Assembly: GCA_963666205.1 (NCBI GenBank)
Contig: OY762654.1
Coordinates: 2,884,784 to 2,948,783 of the forward strand
Source of the DNA: Synergistales bacterium
Lineage (GTDB): Bacteria; Synergistota; Synergistia; Synergistales; JAFGMB01
Reading direction: 5' to 3'
Length of the DNA stretch: 64,000 nucleotides
Shown here: one piece after another, positions 1 to 12,515 of the stretch
Layout of the letters: each line of letters begins with the position of its first letter
Numbering within the stretch: the first letter of the stretch is position 1
The notes under the pieces: generated by a model
Told to the model about the DNA's origin: nothing
What the model saw: the letters and a program-made list of their open reading frames with translations, nothing else
The model's database searches: none
Program-made: the position numbers and the translations under genes

Positions 1-39
1 AAAAAGAGACAGGATATAATATATCCTGTCTCTTTTTTT
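1..39. terminator. Intrinsic, probably bidirectional terminator downstream of nifJ
   Basis: Perfect 17-bp inverted repeat AAAAAGAGACAGGATAT-aat-ATATCCTGTCTCTTTTT with A/T tracts, about 30 nt past the nifJ stop. Confidence 0.85.
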
Positions 40-69
40 ATTCAAAGATTTCTAAAAAACAGAGGAAAG

Positions 70-3636
<3,567 letters not shown>

Positions 3637-3965
3637 TTATTCTCATTCATGGGACTTATTGTTCCTGAATGAGTTTGTGCCTAAATTATCAAATGGAACC
3701 TAAAAGATATTAAAGATGATGATATTACAATGCTATCGAGTGTGTCAATTTGTTGCATAAAATATACAATAATATTAAGGAAAAAAGTATAAAATTAGTC
3801 GGAAATTAATGTTATGCTTGCAATATATCATCTGCAATATTATGATTTACCCTCACTCTTTCCATTATACTCATTAATCAGTTCTCTTTCTCGAAATCTT
3901 TTTCTATACACAATAATGAAAAGAGTGGGAGATAAACATTTATTCTACTGAGTGGAGGAGATACA

Positions 3966-4907
3966 ATGCTCCCTGGAATGGAACAAATAATTTTAAGTCC
4001 TGAAAAAAGCCCTCTTCCATTGGAAATATCCGACTGGTTAAATAGACCTGTATTGCTGGAGATAGGTTTTGGCAATGGAGAATTCCCAGTCCATTTAGCC
4101 AGATCCAGACCAGAAGATATTGTGGTTGGAATTGAAGTATCTCTTACATGTGTTATGAAAGCTGCAAGGAGGGCTATTCGAGAGGGAGTGGGTAATGTCC
4201 ATTTCATTATGGGGGATGCAAGGTTTCTTCTCAGAGAATGTTTTCCAGATATGTCTCTGGATGTAGTATACATGAATTTCCCCTGTCCTTGGCCCAAGAG
4301 CCGTCATGCCAAGAGAAGGGTTACGAATCCATCCTTTGCCGATGCCCTTGCATCTGTGCTGAAGATGGGAGGTTATTATGAACTTGTAACAGATGAAGAG
4401 TGGTATGCTCACGAAGTTGGAGACATTCTCGGATCCCATCCTTCAATGAGGCTGGAAAGATATACAGTCAATCCAGCACGTCCAGTAACAACAAAGTATG
4501 AGCGTAAATGGATGGAGATGGGTAAGGATATTCATCTTGTGCGGATCGAAAAAATAAAAAACTTTACCATTGAACGTGTTTTATCGGAGGTCGATGCCGA
4601 AATGCACCTTAAAGCCCATATCAAGGATCTAAACCTTGCAAAGCTAAGGAACCTGTTTAATCACGAAGGTGGCAATAAATATAGTCATTGGATTTTCAAG
4701 GACTCCTTTTCCAATGGACAAGGAGTCTATCTGATCGAGATTATTGTTTCTGATGAAAGTTTTGAGCAGAAATTCTTCATAAGGATTGCGGAAAGTGGGG
4801 AGGGCGTTATCTTTAAACTGGCTGAAACAGGGTCTCCCTTCAGGACCCCTGCAGTCAGGGGGGCGCTTCATGATTTATGTGACAGATTGAGAACTGAATC
4901 GGAATAA
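3966..4907 (+). CDS. trmB: tRNA (guanine-N7)-methyltransferase with C-terminal extension
   Basis: LEIGFGNGEF, NFPCPWPKSRHAKRR, TD, TKYERKW motifs; GGAGG RBS. Confidence 0.92.
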   Translation: MLPGMEQIILSPEKSPLPLEISDWLNRPVLLEIGFGNGEFPVHLARSRPEDIVVGIEVSLTCVMKAARRAIREGVGNVHFIMGDARFLLRECFPDMSLDVVYMNFPCPWPKSRHAKRRVTNPSFADALASVLKMGGYYELVTDEEWYAHEVGDILGSHPSMRLERYTVNPARPVTTKYERKWMEMGKDIHLVRIEKIKNFTIERVLSEVDAEMHLKAHIKDLNLAKLRNLFNHEGGNKYSHWIFKDSFSNGQGVYLIEIIVSDESFEQKFFIRIAESGEGVIFKLAETGSPFRTPAVRGALHDLCDRLRTESE

Positions 4908-5305
4908 TGAAGAGCTTACCTGTTTCTTTCTCGATAGAGCCTATAGGAATAGTAAGATCCGAAGTCGAAAAGACTCATCTTCCGGAATATTTCCATGGTA
5001 GAACATGTTACATTGAGATCTATCCTGAATTTGAAGAAGCATTGGATGGAATAGAACATGAAGAATTTATTCTTGTTCTATTCTACTTCCATAAATCTGA
5101 AGGGTATCCATTGAAAGTCCACCCCAGAGGAGATCCTGAAAGACCACTCAGAGGTGTCTTTGCGACCTGTTCTCCAAAAAGGCCTAATTTTATCGGGGTA
5201 ACCAGATGCAGGCTTATAAATAGAAGAGGCATTTTCCTGGAGGTTAAGGATCTTGATGCTTTAAATGGGACTCCGATTATTGATATCAAACCCTACCGGT
5301 TATAG
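4907..5305 (+). CDS. trmO: tRNA m6t6A37 methyltransferase TrmO/TsaA family
   Basis: PIGIVRS, GVFATCSPKRPNFIG, LDALNGTPIIDIKPY. Confidence 0.88.
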   Translation: MKSLPVSFSIEPIGIVRSEVEKTHLPEYFHGRTCYIEIYPEFEEALDGIEHEEFILVLFYFHKSEGYPLKVHPRGDPERPLRGVFATCSPKRPNFIGVTRCRLINRRGIFLEVKDLDALNGTPIIDIKPYRL

Positions 5306-5373
5306 TCTTGCTACACTATAATCAGGATAGATACACATATTATCAAATATTTTATTGATCGGAGAAGAGAGAT

Positions 5374-5910
5374 ATGAAGGAAGTGCGTCCTACGTCCGGG
5401 AAAGTGCTCCAGGCTCTTTTCAATATGATCGGTCCTTTGAAGGATAAGTCTTTCCTTGACCTTTTTTCTGGTACCGGCAGAGTAGCATTGGAGGCATGGA
5501 AAAGAAATGCTGAAAATGTTGTAGCAGTGGAACTGTTAAGAAATCGGAGTTCATTGATAAAATCGCCAAATCTTTCCGGGGATGGACGCAAATTTATTGT
5601 ACTTTCCATGGATGTCCGACGTGCAGTTAAATTTCTTATCCGGAAAGGTTTTGCCTTTGATATTGTTTTTGCTGATCCGCCTTATAATGCTGGATGGCCT
5701 GATAAGATACTGGAAATAGTCATTAATAATCCGGACCTGCTTCTTAAGGACGGACAATTGTTCCTGGAGCATACAGTAAGAGAACCTCTCGCTGAGATAG
5801 GGAAAGGCTGGATTCTATCAGACCAGAGAAGATACGGAGATACTTTTCTGTCGATAATTTCCAGAAAAGAAGAGAGTATCGGGGGTGACATAGATGAAAC
5901 GTCAGATTAA
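5374..5910 (+). CDS. rsmD: 16S rRNA m2G966 methyltransferase
   Basis: VRPTS, FLDLFSGTG, FADPPY, RRYGDT; directly upstream of coaD. Confidence 0.9.
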   Translation: MKEVRPTSGKVLQALFNMIGPLKDKSFLDLFSGTGRVALEAWKRNAENVVAVELLRNRSSLIKSPNLSGDGRKFIVLSMDVRRAVKFLIRKGFAFDIVFADPPYNAGWPDKILEIVINNPDLLLKDGQLFLEHTVREPLAEIGKGWILSDQRRYGDTFLSIISRKEESIGGDIDETSD

Positions 5911-6397
5911 GGCTGTTTACCCAGGCTCATTTGATCCTATAACCAATGGACACATCTACATAGCAGAAAGGGCTGCCGCCCTTTTTGATGAACTCGTTGT
6001 CTCTGTTCTCCTGAATCCCCAGAAACAGGCAACCTTCAGCATTGAAGATCGGCGTGCTATGGCCAGAGAAGCCTTGAGCCACCTGCCTAACGTAAAAGTG
6101 AATTCCTTTACCGGACTACTTGTTGATTTTCTTCGCAGGGAACACAGCCGGATAATAATCAGAGGACTGAGAGCACTTTCGGACTTTGAATATGAATTCC
6201 AGCTTGCACTTATGAACAGACAATTGGCACCCGACATAGAAACCCTTTTTATCGTAACAGATGCTAAATATTCTTATCTTTCCAGTAGAGCTGTCAAGGA
6301 GATCTTCCATTTTGGGGGTCCTGTTCAGGACATGGTTCCTCCAGGTGTATACAGACGGCTGAGAGAACGGTTTGCCAGGAGGTCCATCACACCATGA
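5894..6397 (+). CDS. coaD: Pantetheine-phosphate adenylyltransferase
   Basis: YPGSFDPITNGH, IIRGLRALSDFEYE, LSSRAVKE. Confidence 0.97.
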   Translation: MKRQIKAVYPGSFDPITNGHIYIAERAAALFDELVVSVLLNPQKQATFSIEDRRAMAREALSHLPNVKVNSFTGLLVDFLRREHSRIIIRGLRALSDFEYEFQLALMNRQLAPDIETLFIVTDAKYSYLSSRAVKEIFHFGGPVQDMVPPGVYRRLRERFARRSITP

Positions 6398-7595
6398 GGG
6401 GAATTCTTTTCTTTTCATGTTCTGAAACAGGTGATTCAATCAGCAATTCCCATATTGCCCCTGCTCTATGTTCAATATCCATCATTTTTCTTGCGTAGGG
6501 AGAGTATGGGGCGGAGGCCCTTGTTATCACCGGGAGGGTTGCTGTTTCCCTCATTTTCCTTATCATTGCCTTTCCTCTCTTGTTTGCACCAAGTATGCGG
6601 ATATATGCAGGTCCCAGTTTCTGGAAGGAACGGTTATCCCAATGATCTATACCAAGAAGGATATGTATGAGATTTCTTTGCACTCTCCCCCTGGGATATC
6701 TTCTGGAAATACAGGAATTGACTAATTCCTCCCAACTGGTTGCGTTTGGCGCCATTTTCTTAAATAAATTTTCTATCCCCTCGGAAATCTCTGCATAACC
6801 ACCAAGAGAGCCAGATTCAGACCGGAGAATGGTTGTTTTTAAAATGCGCCAGAAAATATCCATGCTAAGCAGAGCTCGGCCTGATAAAATGTTTTGAGTA
6901 AACAAATCTCTGGTCTGGCGAGGAATGGATTCGCTTGCCAGCTGGATCTGGCCTTTCCGAATTGCTGTACGGATGGATGTGGCGCTGGAAATAGGGCCTT
7001 GTAAATTCTCTTCGTGATAACCACTCGAGATCCTTTTTACTGGGATAACCTTGAGGGAATAACTGGATTCGCGTATTCTTTTTACGTAGGAGAGAGCAAG
7101 ACTATTATTGGGTCTGTTAAGGAAATCTGCAGCACCAGGCACCAGTTCTTCCAGACTTTTAGCCCTTGCTTCAACAAAAGAAAAACCCATATTCAGAAAA
7201 GATCGTAAAAGAAACTTGAAAGGTTCGGGTTCCTGAATTAAAATGTCGGAGATTGTGTTTACAAGAATGGTGGGAGTTTCCATGCCGAAAGAAACATATT
7301 CAACAATCCCTGTGCTTTTAAGCAGATCTATTGCTGCATTAGCGAAGACTCCTGCATTATGACACGAATAGACAGTCGGAAGTTCTATTACAAGATCTGC
7401 TCCGGCCAGAAGTGCCATTTCTGAGCGGGTCCATTTATCCAGAAAAGCAGGTTCTCCTCTTTGGACGAAGTGAGAGGACAGGACAATAACTATGTCATGA
7501 GATCCGGAAAGTTCTCTGCTTTGCTGTATGTGATGAAGGTGTCCATTATGGAGAGGGTTATATTCAGCAACGATGCCAATTGCTTTTTCTGACAA
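6387..7595 (-). CDS. tmcAL: tRNA(Met) cytidine acetate ligase (YlbM/DUF795)
   Basis: GIVAEYNPLHNGH, FVQRGEPA, GADLVIELP, PNNSLALSY, SATSIR; start moved to TTG 7595 behind AGGAG. Confidence 0.9.
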   Translation of the reverse strand: MSEKAIGIVAEYNPLHNGHLHHIQQSRELSGSHDIVIVLSSHFVQRGEPAFLDKWTRSEMALLAGADLVIELPTVYSCHNAGVFANAAIDLLKSTGIVEYVSFGMETPTILVNTISDILIQEPEPFKFLLRSFLNMGFSFVEARAKSLEELVPGAADFLNRPNNSLALSYVKRIRESSYSLKVIPVKRISSGYHEENLQGPISSATSIRTAIRKGQIQLASESIPRQTRDLFTQNILSGRALLSMDIFWRILKTTILRSESGSLGGYAEISEGIENLFKKMAPNATSWEELVNSCISRRYPRGRVQRNLIHILLGIDHWDNRSFQKLGPAYIRILGANKRGKAMIRKMRETATLPVITRASAPYSPYARKMMDIEHRAGAIWELLIESPVSEHEKKRIPLMV

Positions 7596-7702
7596 TTTCC
7601 TTCTCCTTTCCAGTTTGCAGAAACATGGGTTTCTGTAGAGATACGTCGTTGAAATCATAAAGGTCAAGTAGATTTAGGTCAAATATAGGGAGGCTCTATA
7701 AA

Positions 7703-8905
7703 ATGAAAGTTCTTGTTCTTAACTGTGGAAGTTCATCACTGAAATATCAGCTTTTTGATATGGAAACCGAGCAGCCAATGGCTAAAGGGCTAGTGGAAAG
7801 AATCGGGATCGATGGTTCAAGGATCAAGCATACCAAGTTGGGCAGTGACAGTGTGACGAAAAATGTAGATATTGCAAATCATAAGGTAGCAATAAAACTT
7901 GTTCTTGAAGAACTTCTTGATGACAAAGTTGGTGTTATTAAAAGTCTGGATGAGCTTACTGCAGTTGGTCACAGGGTCGTTCATGGAGGAGAAAAATTTG
8001 CCTGTTCCGTTATGATCGACAAGGATGTAATAGATGCCCTGGAGGAATGTGTTCCCCTTGCTCCGTTACACAATCCTGCGAATCTTATGGGAATTGAAGC
8101 TATGGTGGATGTCCTTCCTGATGTTCCCCAGGTAGGAGTATTCGATACTGCATTTCACCAGACAATGCCCGATTACGCATATATGTATGGAGTACCCTAC
8201 CATTACTATGAAACATACAGGGTGAGGAGATATGGTTTTCATGGAACAAGTCATTTCTATGTTGCAAACAGGGCAGCTTCCATCATAGGTAAACCAGTAG
8301 AAGACCTCAAGATAGTTACCTGCCATCTCGGAAATGGAAGTTCTATTTCTGCAGTTGATGGAGGGAAATCAGTGGATACGAGTATGGGCTTTACGCCTGT
8401 TCCCGGTGTAATAATGGGGACAAGATGTGGAGATCTGGATCCCCTCCTTATAACTTTCCTTGCCGAGCAGGATGGTATAGATCCTAAAGCTATGAGCCAT
8501 ATACTCAATAAAGAAAGTGGCATATTGGGTATTTCAGGAGTAAGCAGCGATCTTCGCGATGTCGAAGAAGCTGCTGAAAAGGGGAATATCAGAGCCGAAC
8601 TTGCCGAAAAAATGCTTTATTACGGAATCAGAAAATATATTGGAGCCTATGCTGCAGCAATGGGTGGTTTAGATGCAATAGTATTTACGGCCGGCATAGG
8701 AGAGAACAGTATTTCTGCAAGGGCCAGAGTGTGCCAGGGTCTTGAATTCCTTGGAGCAGAAATTGATATTGAAAAGAATAATGTTCGCGGGAAAGAAACC
8801 TTCATAAGTACAGATGAGTCAAAGGTCAAGATTATGGTTATCCCGACTAATGAGGAACTTGTAATTGCAAGAGATACAAAAAAGATTGTTTCAGAAACAA
8901 AATAA
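7703..8905 (+). CDS. ackA: Acetate kinase
   Basis: VLNCGSSSLKY, GHRVVHGG, APLHNP, CHLGNG, FTAGIGEN, PTNEE. Confidence 0.97.
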   Translation: MKVLVLNCGSSSLKYQLFDMETEQPMAKGLVERIGIDGSRIKHTKLGSDSVTKNVDIANHKVAIKLVLEELLDDKVGVIKSLDELTAVGHRVVHGGEKFACSVMIDKDVIDALEECVPLAPLHNPANLMGIEAMVDVLPDVPQVGVFDTAFHQTMPDYAYMYGVPYHYYETYRVRRYGFHGTSHFYVANRAASIIGKPVEDLKIVTCHLGNGSSISAVDGGKSVDTSMGFTPVPGVIMGTRCGDLDPLLITFLAEQDGIDPKAMSHILNKESGILGISGVSSDLRDVEEAAEKGNIRAELAEKMLYYGIRKYIGAYAAAMGGLDAIVFTAGIGENSISARARVCQGLEFLGAEIDIEKNNVRGKETFISTDESKVKIMVIPTNEELVIARDTKKIVSETK

Positions 8906-8934
8906 ACCATTTGCCCTTGATGAGGGGTGTTATT

Positions 8935-9507
8935 ATGGCAATAACAGAAATGCCAGACGAATGGAGTTTTTTCCTTAACCTTCCAGATCCCGAAGAAAGT
9001 GGAGTAATTGAAAAATCCTGGGAAATCCAGATATTGTCCGAATTAGCTTATCTGGGACAGGATTACAGGTTTCTGGAACCACTGAAAGTTGATGTTAGAG
9101 GGAGCTGGACTAGACCTGATTTTTATGTTGAAATATGGGTCGCTACAAAGGTCGAAGTCCCATGTTCAAGGTGTCTTGATCCAGCAGGAGTTGCAATTAA
9201 GGAGAAATTCAGTTATCTTTATGGTCTGTCTTCTAAAAACGATTCTTCCGAGCGTTTTGATGGACATGGAGATGATAGTTTTATTTGTGTCGATTCATGG
9301 GGGGCTTATCTGGATATAACATCCCAGATATGGGATTCTTTTATATTGAGTCTCCCGGGGAAGGTGCTTTGTAAAGAGGATTGTCACGGTATTTGCCCGG
9401 TTTGCGGAGTTAACCTTAACAGTGGATCATGCAATTGTATCAGGAAAGAAGTTGATCCAAGATTTGAGATTTTAAAGAACATCGAGCAGGATGATACAGG
9501 AAAATAG
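8935..9507 (+). CDS. yceD: DUF177/YceD family protein
   Basis: CSRC, LCKEDCHGICPVCG, DPRF; immediately upstream of rpmF. Confidence 0.85.
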   Translation: MAITEMPDEWSFFLNLPDPEESGVIEKSWEIQILSELAYLGQDYRFLEPLKVDVRGSWTRPDFYVEIWVATKVEVPCSRCLDPAGVAIKEKFSYLYGLSSKNDSSERFDGHGDDSFICVDSWGAYLDITSQIWDSFILSLPGKVLCKEDCHGICPVCGVNLNSGSCNCIRKEVDPRFEILKNIEQDDTGK

Positions 9508-9528
9508 GCGGTAAAGGAGGGAATAGCA

Positions 9529-9726
9529 ATGGCAGTGCCAAAAAGTAGGGTTTCTCATGCCCGTAGTCATAAAAGGAAATCACAGTGGCTAGGTTCAGCG
9601 ACGGCTCCTCAGATGACGACCTGTTCTCATTGTGGAGAAGTTATCGTGAATTACCACGCTTGCCCTGAATGTGGCTTTTATAAGGGCAGGAAAGTAGTCC
9701 AGACAAAAGAGGCAGAAGAAGAGTAA
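9529..9726 (+). CDS. rpmF: 50S ribosomal protein L32 (zinc-ribbon form)
   Basis: MAVPKSRVS, CSHC...HACPECGFY. Confidence 0.96.
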   Translation: MAVPKSRVSHARSHKRKSQWLGSATAPQMTTCSHCGEVIVNYHACPECGFYKGRKVVQTKEAEEE

Positions 9727-9778
9727 TCTTCAGATGTGCTTAAGGAATAATGAGGTTTGGATCTTATATGGATCTTGC

Positions 9779-9815
9779 AAACTGGGGGGCTTTAAGCCCC
9801 TCAGTTTTGTTTTTA
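9779..9815 (+). terminator. Intrinsic terminator after rpmF
   Basis: AAACTGGGGGGC-tttaa-GCCCCTCAGTTT followed by a T-rich tail. Confidence 0.8.
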
Positions 9816-9826
9816 GTTTCTCCCCC

Positions 9827-9855
9827 TTGACCATTCCCTGAAAAATAATTATACT
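9827..9855 (+). promoter_or_regulatory. Sigma70-type promoter of the fapR operon
   Basis: TTGACC-17 bp-TATACT. Confidence 0.8.
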
Positions 9856-9877
9856 CACCATGTCTTTGGAGCTGATA

Positions 9878-9894
9878 TTAATAGCAGGTACTAA
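9878..9894. promoter_or_regulatory. FapR operator
   Basis: TTAATAGCAGGTACTAA, 15/17 match to the Bacillus FapR box TTAGTATCAGGTACTAA (recalled); lies between promoter and fapR RBS. Confidence 0.85.
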
Positions 9895-9911
9895 AAGGGG
9901 AGCTGTTCAAA

Positions 9912-10505
9912 ATCCGTTCACTTAATAAAAGAGCCAGGCAACAGAAGTTACAGAAACTGATAAGACAGAACCCGCTTTTTACAGATAAAGAACTTTCCGA
10001 AAATCTCGGAGCAAGTCTTGGTACTGTTCGTCTTGATAGAGCACTTATGGGTATCCCAGAGCTTCGGGAACGTATGCGCCTTATGGCTCAAAAAGCAACG
10101 AGCAAGCTCAGGTCACTGAAGCAGGAAGAAGTGACAGGAGAGCTTCTGGAGTTGGAGCCTAATAAATGGGCTCTTTCCATGCTTCAAACAAAAAAGGATA
10201 TGGTCTTCAGGCATACCGATCTTATATGGGATCATTATATATATGCCCATGCCAGCTCTCTTGCCATTGCTGTGATAGAAGCGGATATGGTAATAGTCAC
10301 TTCAATGAGGGGAAGATTTAAATCCCATGCCAAGGTTGGAGATATACTTACTGCCAGAGCAAAAGTCGGAATACATAAGGGTAACAGGTATATCGTGAGT
10401 GTGCGTACAAAGGTCAGTAATGAAGAAATCTTTGTCGGAAGATTTATAGTCAGTTCTGTATATCCTGAAGAACAAAATACCTTGGAGGGGAGTGTGCGCT
10501 TTTGA
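9912..10505 (+). CDS. fapR: Fatty acid biosynthesis regulator FapR (non-canonical start inferred)
   Basis: Frame open upstream of ATG 10047 and encodes the HTH (RSLNKRARQQKLQ..NPLFTDKELSENLGASLGTVRLDR), then IPELRER and a hot-dog domain; precedes plsX. Confidence 0.88.
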   Translation: MRSLNKRARQQKLQKLIRQNPLFTDKELSENLGASLGTVRLDRALMGIPELRERMRLMAQKATSKLRSLKQEEVTGELLELEPNKWALSMLQTKKDMVFRHTDLIWDHYIYAHASSLAIAVIEADMVIVTSMRGRFKSHAKVGDILTARAKVGIHKGNRYIVSVRTKVSNEEIFVGRFIVSSVYPEEQNTLEGSVRF

Positions 10506-11506
10506 TCTTGGCTCTTGATGCCATGGGTGGAGATCATGCTCCGAAAGAAACCTGTCTGGGTGCGATTGAAGCTTGTGAATTACATTCCGATCTGGAGGTC
10601 CTCCTGGTCGGTGATGAAAATCTTATAAAAAAAGAATTATCATCAGTTGAAAGAAAAGCTTTAAAAGGTTTACATGTTGTTCATGCGGAGGAATCAATTG
10701 GCATGAATGAGCTGCCTGCTGTAGCTATCAGGAAAAAAAGGCATTCAAGCTTGAGGGTAGCTATGCAGATGGTTCGTTCAGGAGAAGCACAGGGATGTGT
10801 TTCAGCAGGGAATACTGGTGCTATTGTTGCAGGAGGAGTTCTGGTCATAGGGCGAATACAGGGTATTGACAGGCCTGCCCTTGGTGTTGCTCTTCCAACC
10901 CTTAATAAGGATACCTTTCTTCTGGATGTAGGAGCCACAGTGCGATGCAAACCTGTAAACCTATACCAGTTTGCCCTGATGGGTGACTTTTATGCAAAAC
11001 ATATCCTGGGTGTCGATTCTCCCAATATTGCCCTTCTGTCCAATGGGACCGAAGAAATAAAGGGAGATGAAGTCGTTTCTGCTGCAAGGGATCTAATTAA
11101 GTCCAGTCTCTTAAACTTTTCCGGGTATCTCGAGGGAGATTCCATTCCCTTTAGTGTAGCGGATGTAGTTGTCTGTGATGGTTTTACGGGAAATGCTGTC
11201 CTGAAATTTGCAGAAGGCCTTGGACAGGCAATATATTCTATCCTTAAAGAGGAAATGGGGCATAGAGTTCTTCCCAAGGTAGGGATGATGTTCATGCTTC
11301 CAATGCTGAAAGATCTATGGACTCGTTTTGATTATGAAAAACGAGGAGGGACTCCTCTTCTTGGGGTTAATGGAGCCGTCATAAAAGCTCATGGAAGATC
11401 TAAATCTACTGCTATAAAGAGTGCTCTGAGTGTTGCGAGAAACTTCGTCCTACAACAGGGGGTAGAACTGATTAAACAAGAATTAGAGCAGGGAGGAGAA
11501 CGCTAA
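10502..11506 (+). CDS. plsX: Phosphate acyltransferase
   Basis: ALDAMGGDHAP, VSAGNTGA, VVVCDGFTGN, IKAHGRS. Confidence 0.96.
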   Translation: MILALDAMGGDHAPKETCLGAIEACELHSDLEVLLVGDENLIKKELSSVERKALKGLHVVHAEESIGMNELPAVAIRKKRHSSLRVAMQMVRSGEAQGCVSAGNTGAIVAGGVLVIGRIQGIDRPALGVALPTLNKDTFLLDVGATVRCKPVNLYQFALMGDFYAKHILGVDSPNIALLSNGTEEIKGDEVVSAARDLIKSSLLNFSGYLEGDSIPFSVADVVVCDGFTGNAVLKFAEGLGQAIYSILKEEMGHRVLPKVGMMFMLPMLKDLWTRFDYEKRGGTPLLGVNGAVIKAHGRSKSTAIKSALSVARNFVLQQGVELIKQELEQGGER

Positions 11507-12504
11507 TGGCTTTATTTTGCGGTAATTCTGTTTCAATAATCGGAACGGGAATCTATATTCCTGAAAAAGTTCTTACAAATAATGATCTGTCTAAAATGGT
11601 AGATACCAGTGATCAGTGGATAGTCGAGAGAACAGGAATCAAGGAACGCCATATTGCTTCTGACAATGAGATGACAAGTGATCTTGCATTGATGGCAGCA
11701 GAGTCAGCCCTTTTAGATGGGGGTATAGACAGGTCAGAAATAGATATGATCATCGTAGCCACTAATACTCCGGATACACTTTTCCCTGGGGTCGGGCCTA
11801 TTGTACAGGGAAAACTAGGAGCTTCAAATGCTGGCGCGTTTGACTTGCAGGCTGGTTGTACCAGTTGTATTTATGCATTAGCTGTTGGAGCCTCAGGAAT
11901 TGCTTCAGGAGTATGGGATAAGGTCCTTGTAATTGGAGCAGAGATACTTTCCCGTATTGTCAACTGGAAAGACAGGAATACCTGTGTCCTTTTTGGCGAT
12001 GGCGCCGGAGCTGTTATTCTTGGAAAATCTGATGGTATTTCCTCCAGATTTCTCGCTACAAGACTATGCTCTGATGGAGAAAAGTCTGAACTGATAACTC
12101 TTCCTGCAGGGCTGATTGCCAACCCTGCAAATCTGGAAACGCTGCAGAACAACCTGCATTATGTGCATATGAAAGGCAATGAGGTATTCAAATTTGTAAA
12201 TAGGGTTCTACCTCCGTTCATTACTGAATTGTGTGAGAATTCCGGGTTTTCAATTGAAGATATTGACTGGTGGATATTTCATCAGGCAAATCTTCGCATA
12301 ATGGAAAGTGTAATGAAAAGGCTCTCTGTACCTTCAGAAAAGGCTGTAATAGATCTTGACAGATACGGTAACACATCTGCCGCTTCGACACTGATAGCGC
12401 TTCATGAGGCAATGAAGGATGGACGTATCAAGCAGGGAGACAGAGTCCTTCTTACCAGTTTTGGAGCGGGAATGACATACGGCTCTTTGATCTATCAAGC
12501 TTGA
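11506..12504 (+). CDS. fabH: 3-oxoacyl-ACP synthase III
   Basis: DTSDQWIVERTGI, AGCTS, HQANLRI, GNTSAAS. Confidence 0.96.
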   Translation: MALFCGNSVSIIGTGIYIPEKVLTNNDLSKMVDTSDQWIVERTGIKERHIASDNEMTSDLALMAAESALLDGGIDRSEIDMIIVATNTPDTLFPGVGPIVQGKLGASNAGAFDLQAGCTSCIYALAVGASGIASGVWDKVLVIGAEILSRIVNWKDRNTCVLFGDGAGAVILGKSDGISSRFLATRLCSDGEKSELITLPAGLIANPANLETLQNNLHYVHMKGNEVFKFVNRVLPPFITELCENSGFSIEDIDWWIFHQANLRIMESVMKRLSVPSEKAVIDLDRYGNTSAASTLIALHEAMKDGRIKQGDRVLLTSFGAGMTYGSLIYQA

Positions 12505-12515
12505 GGTGATCATAA

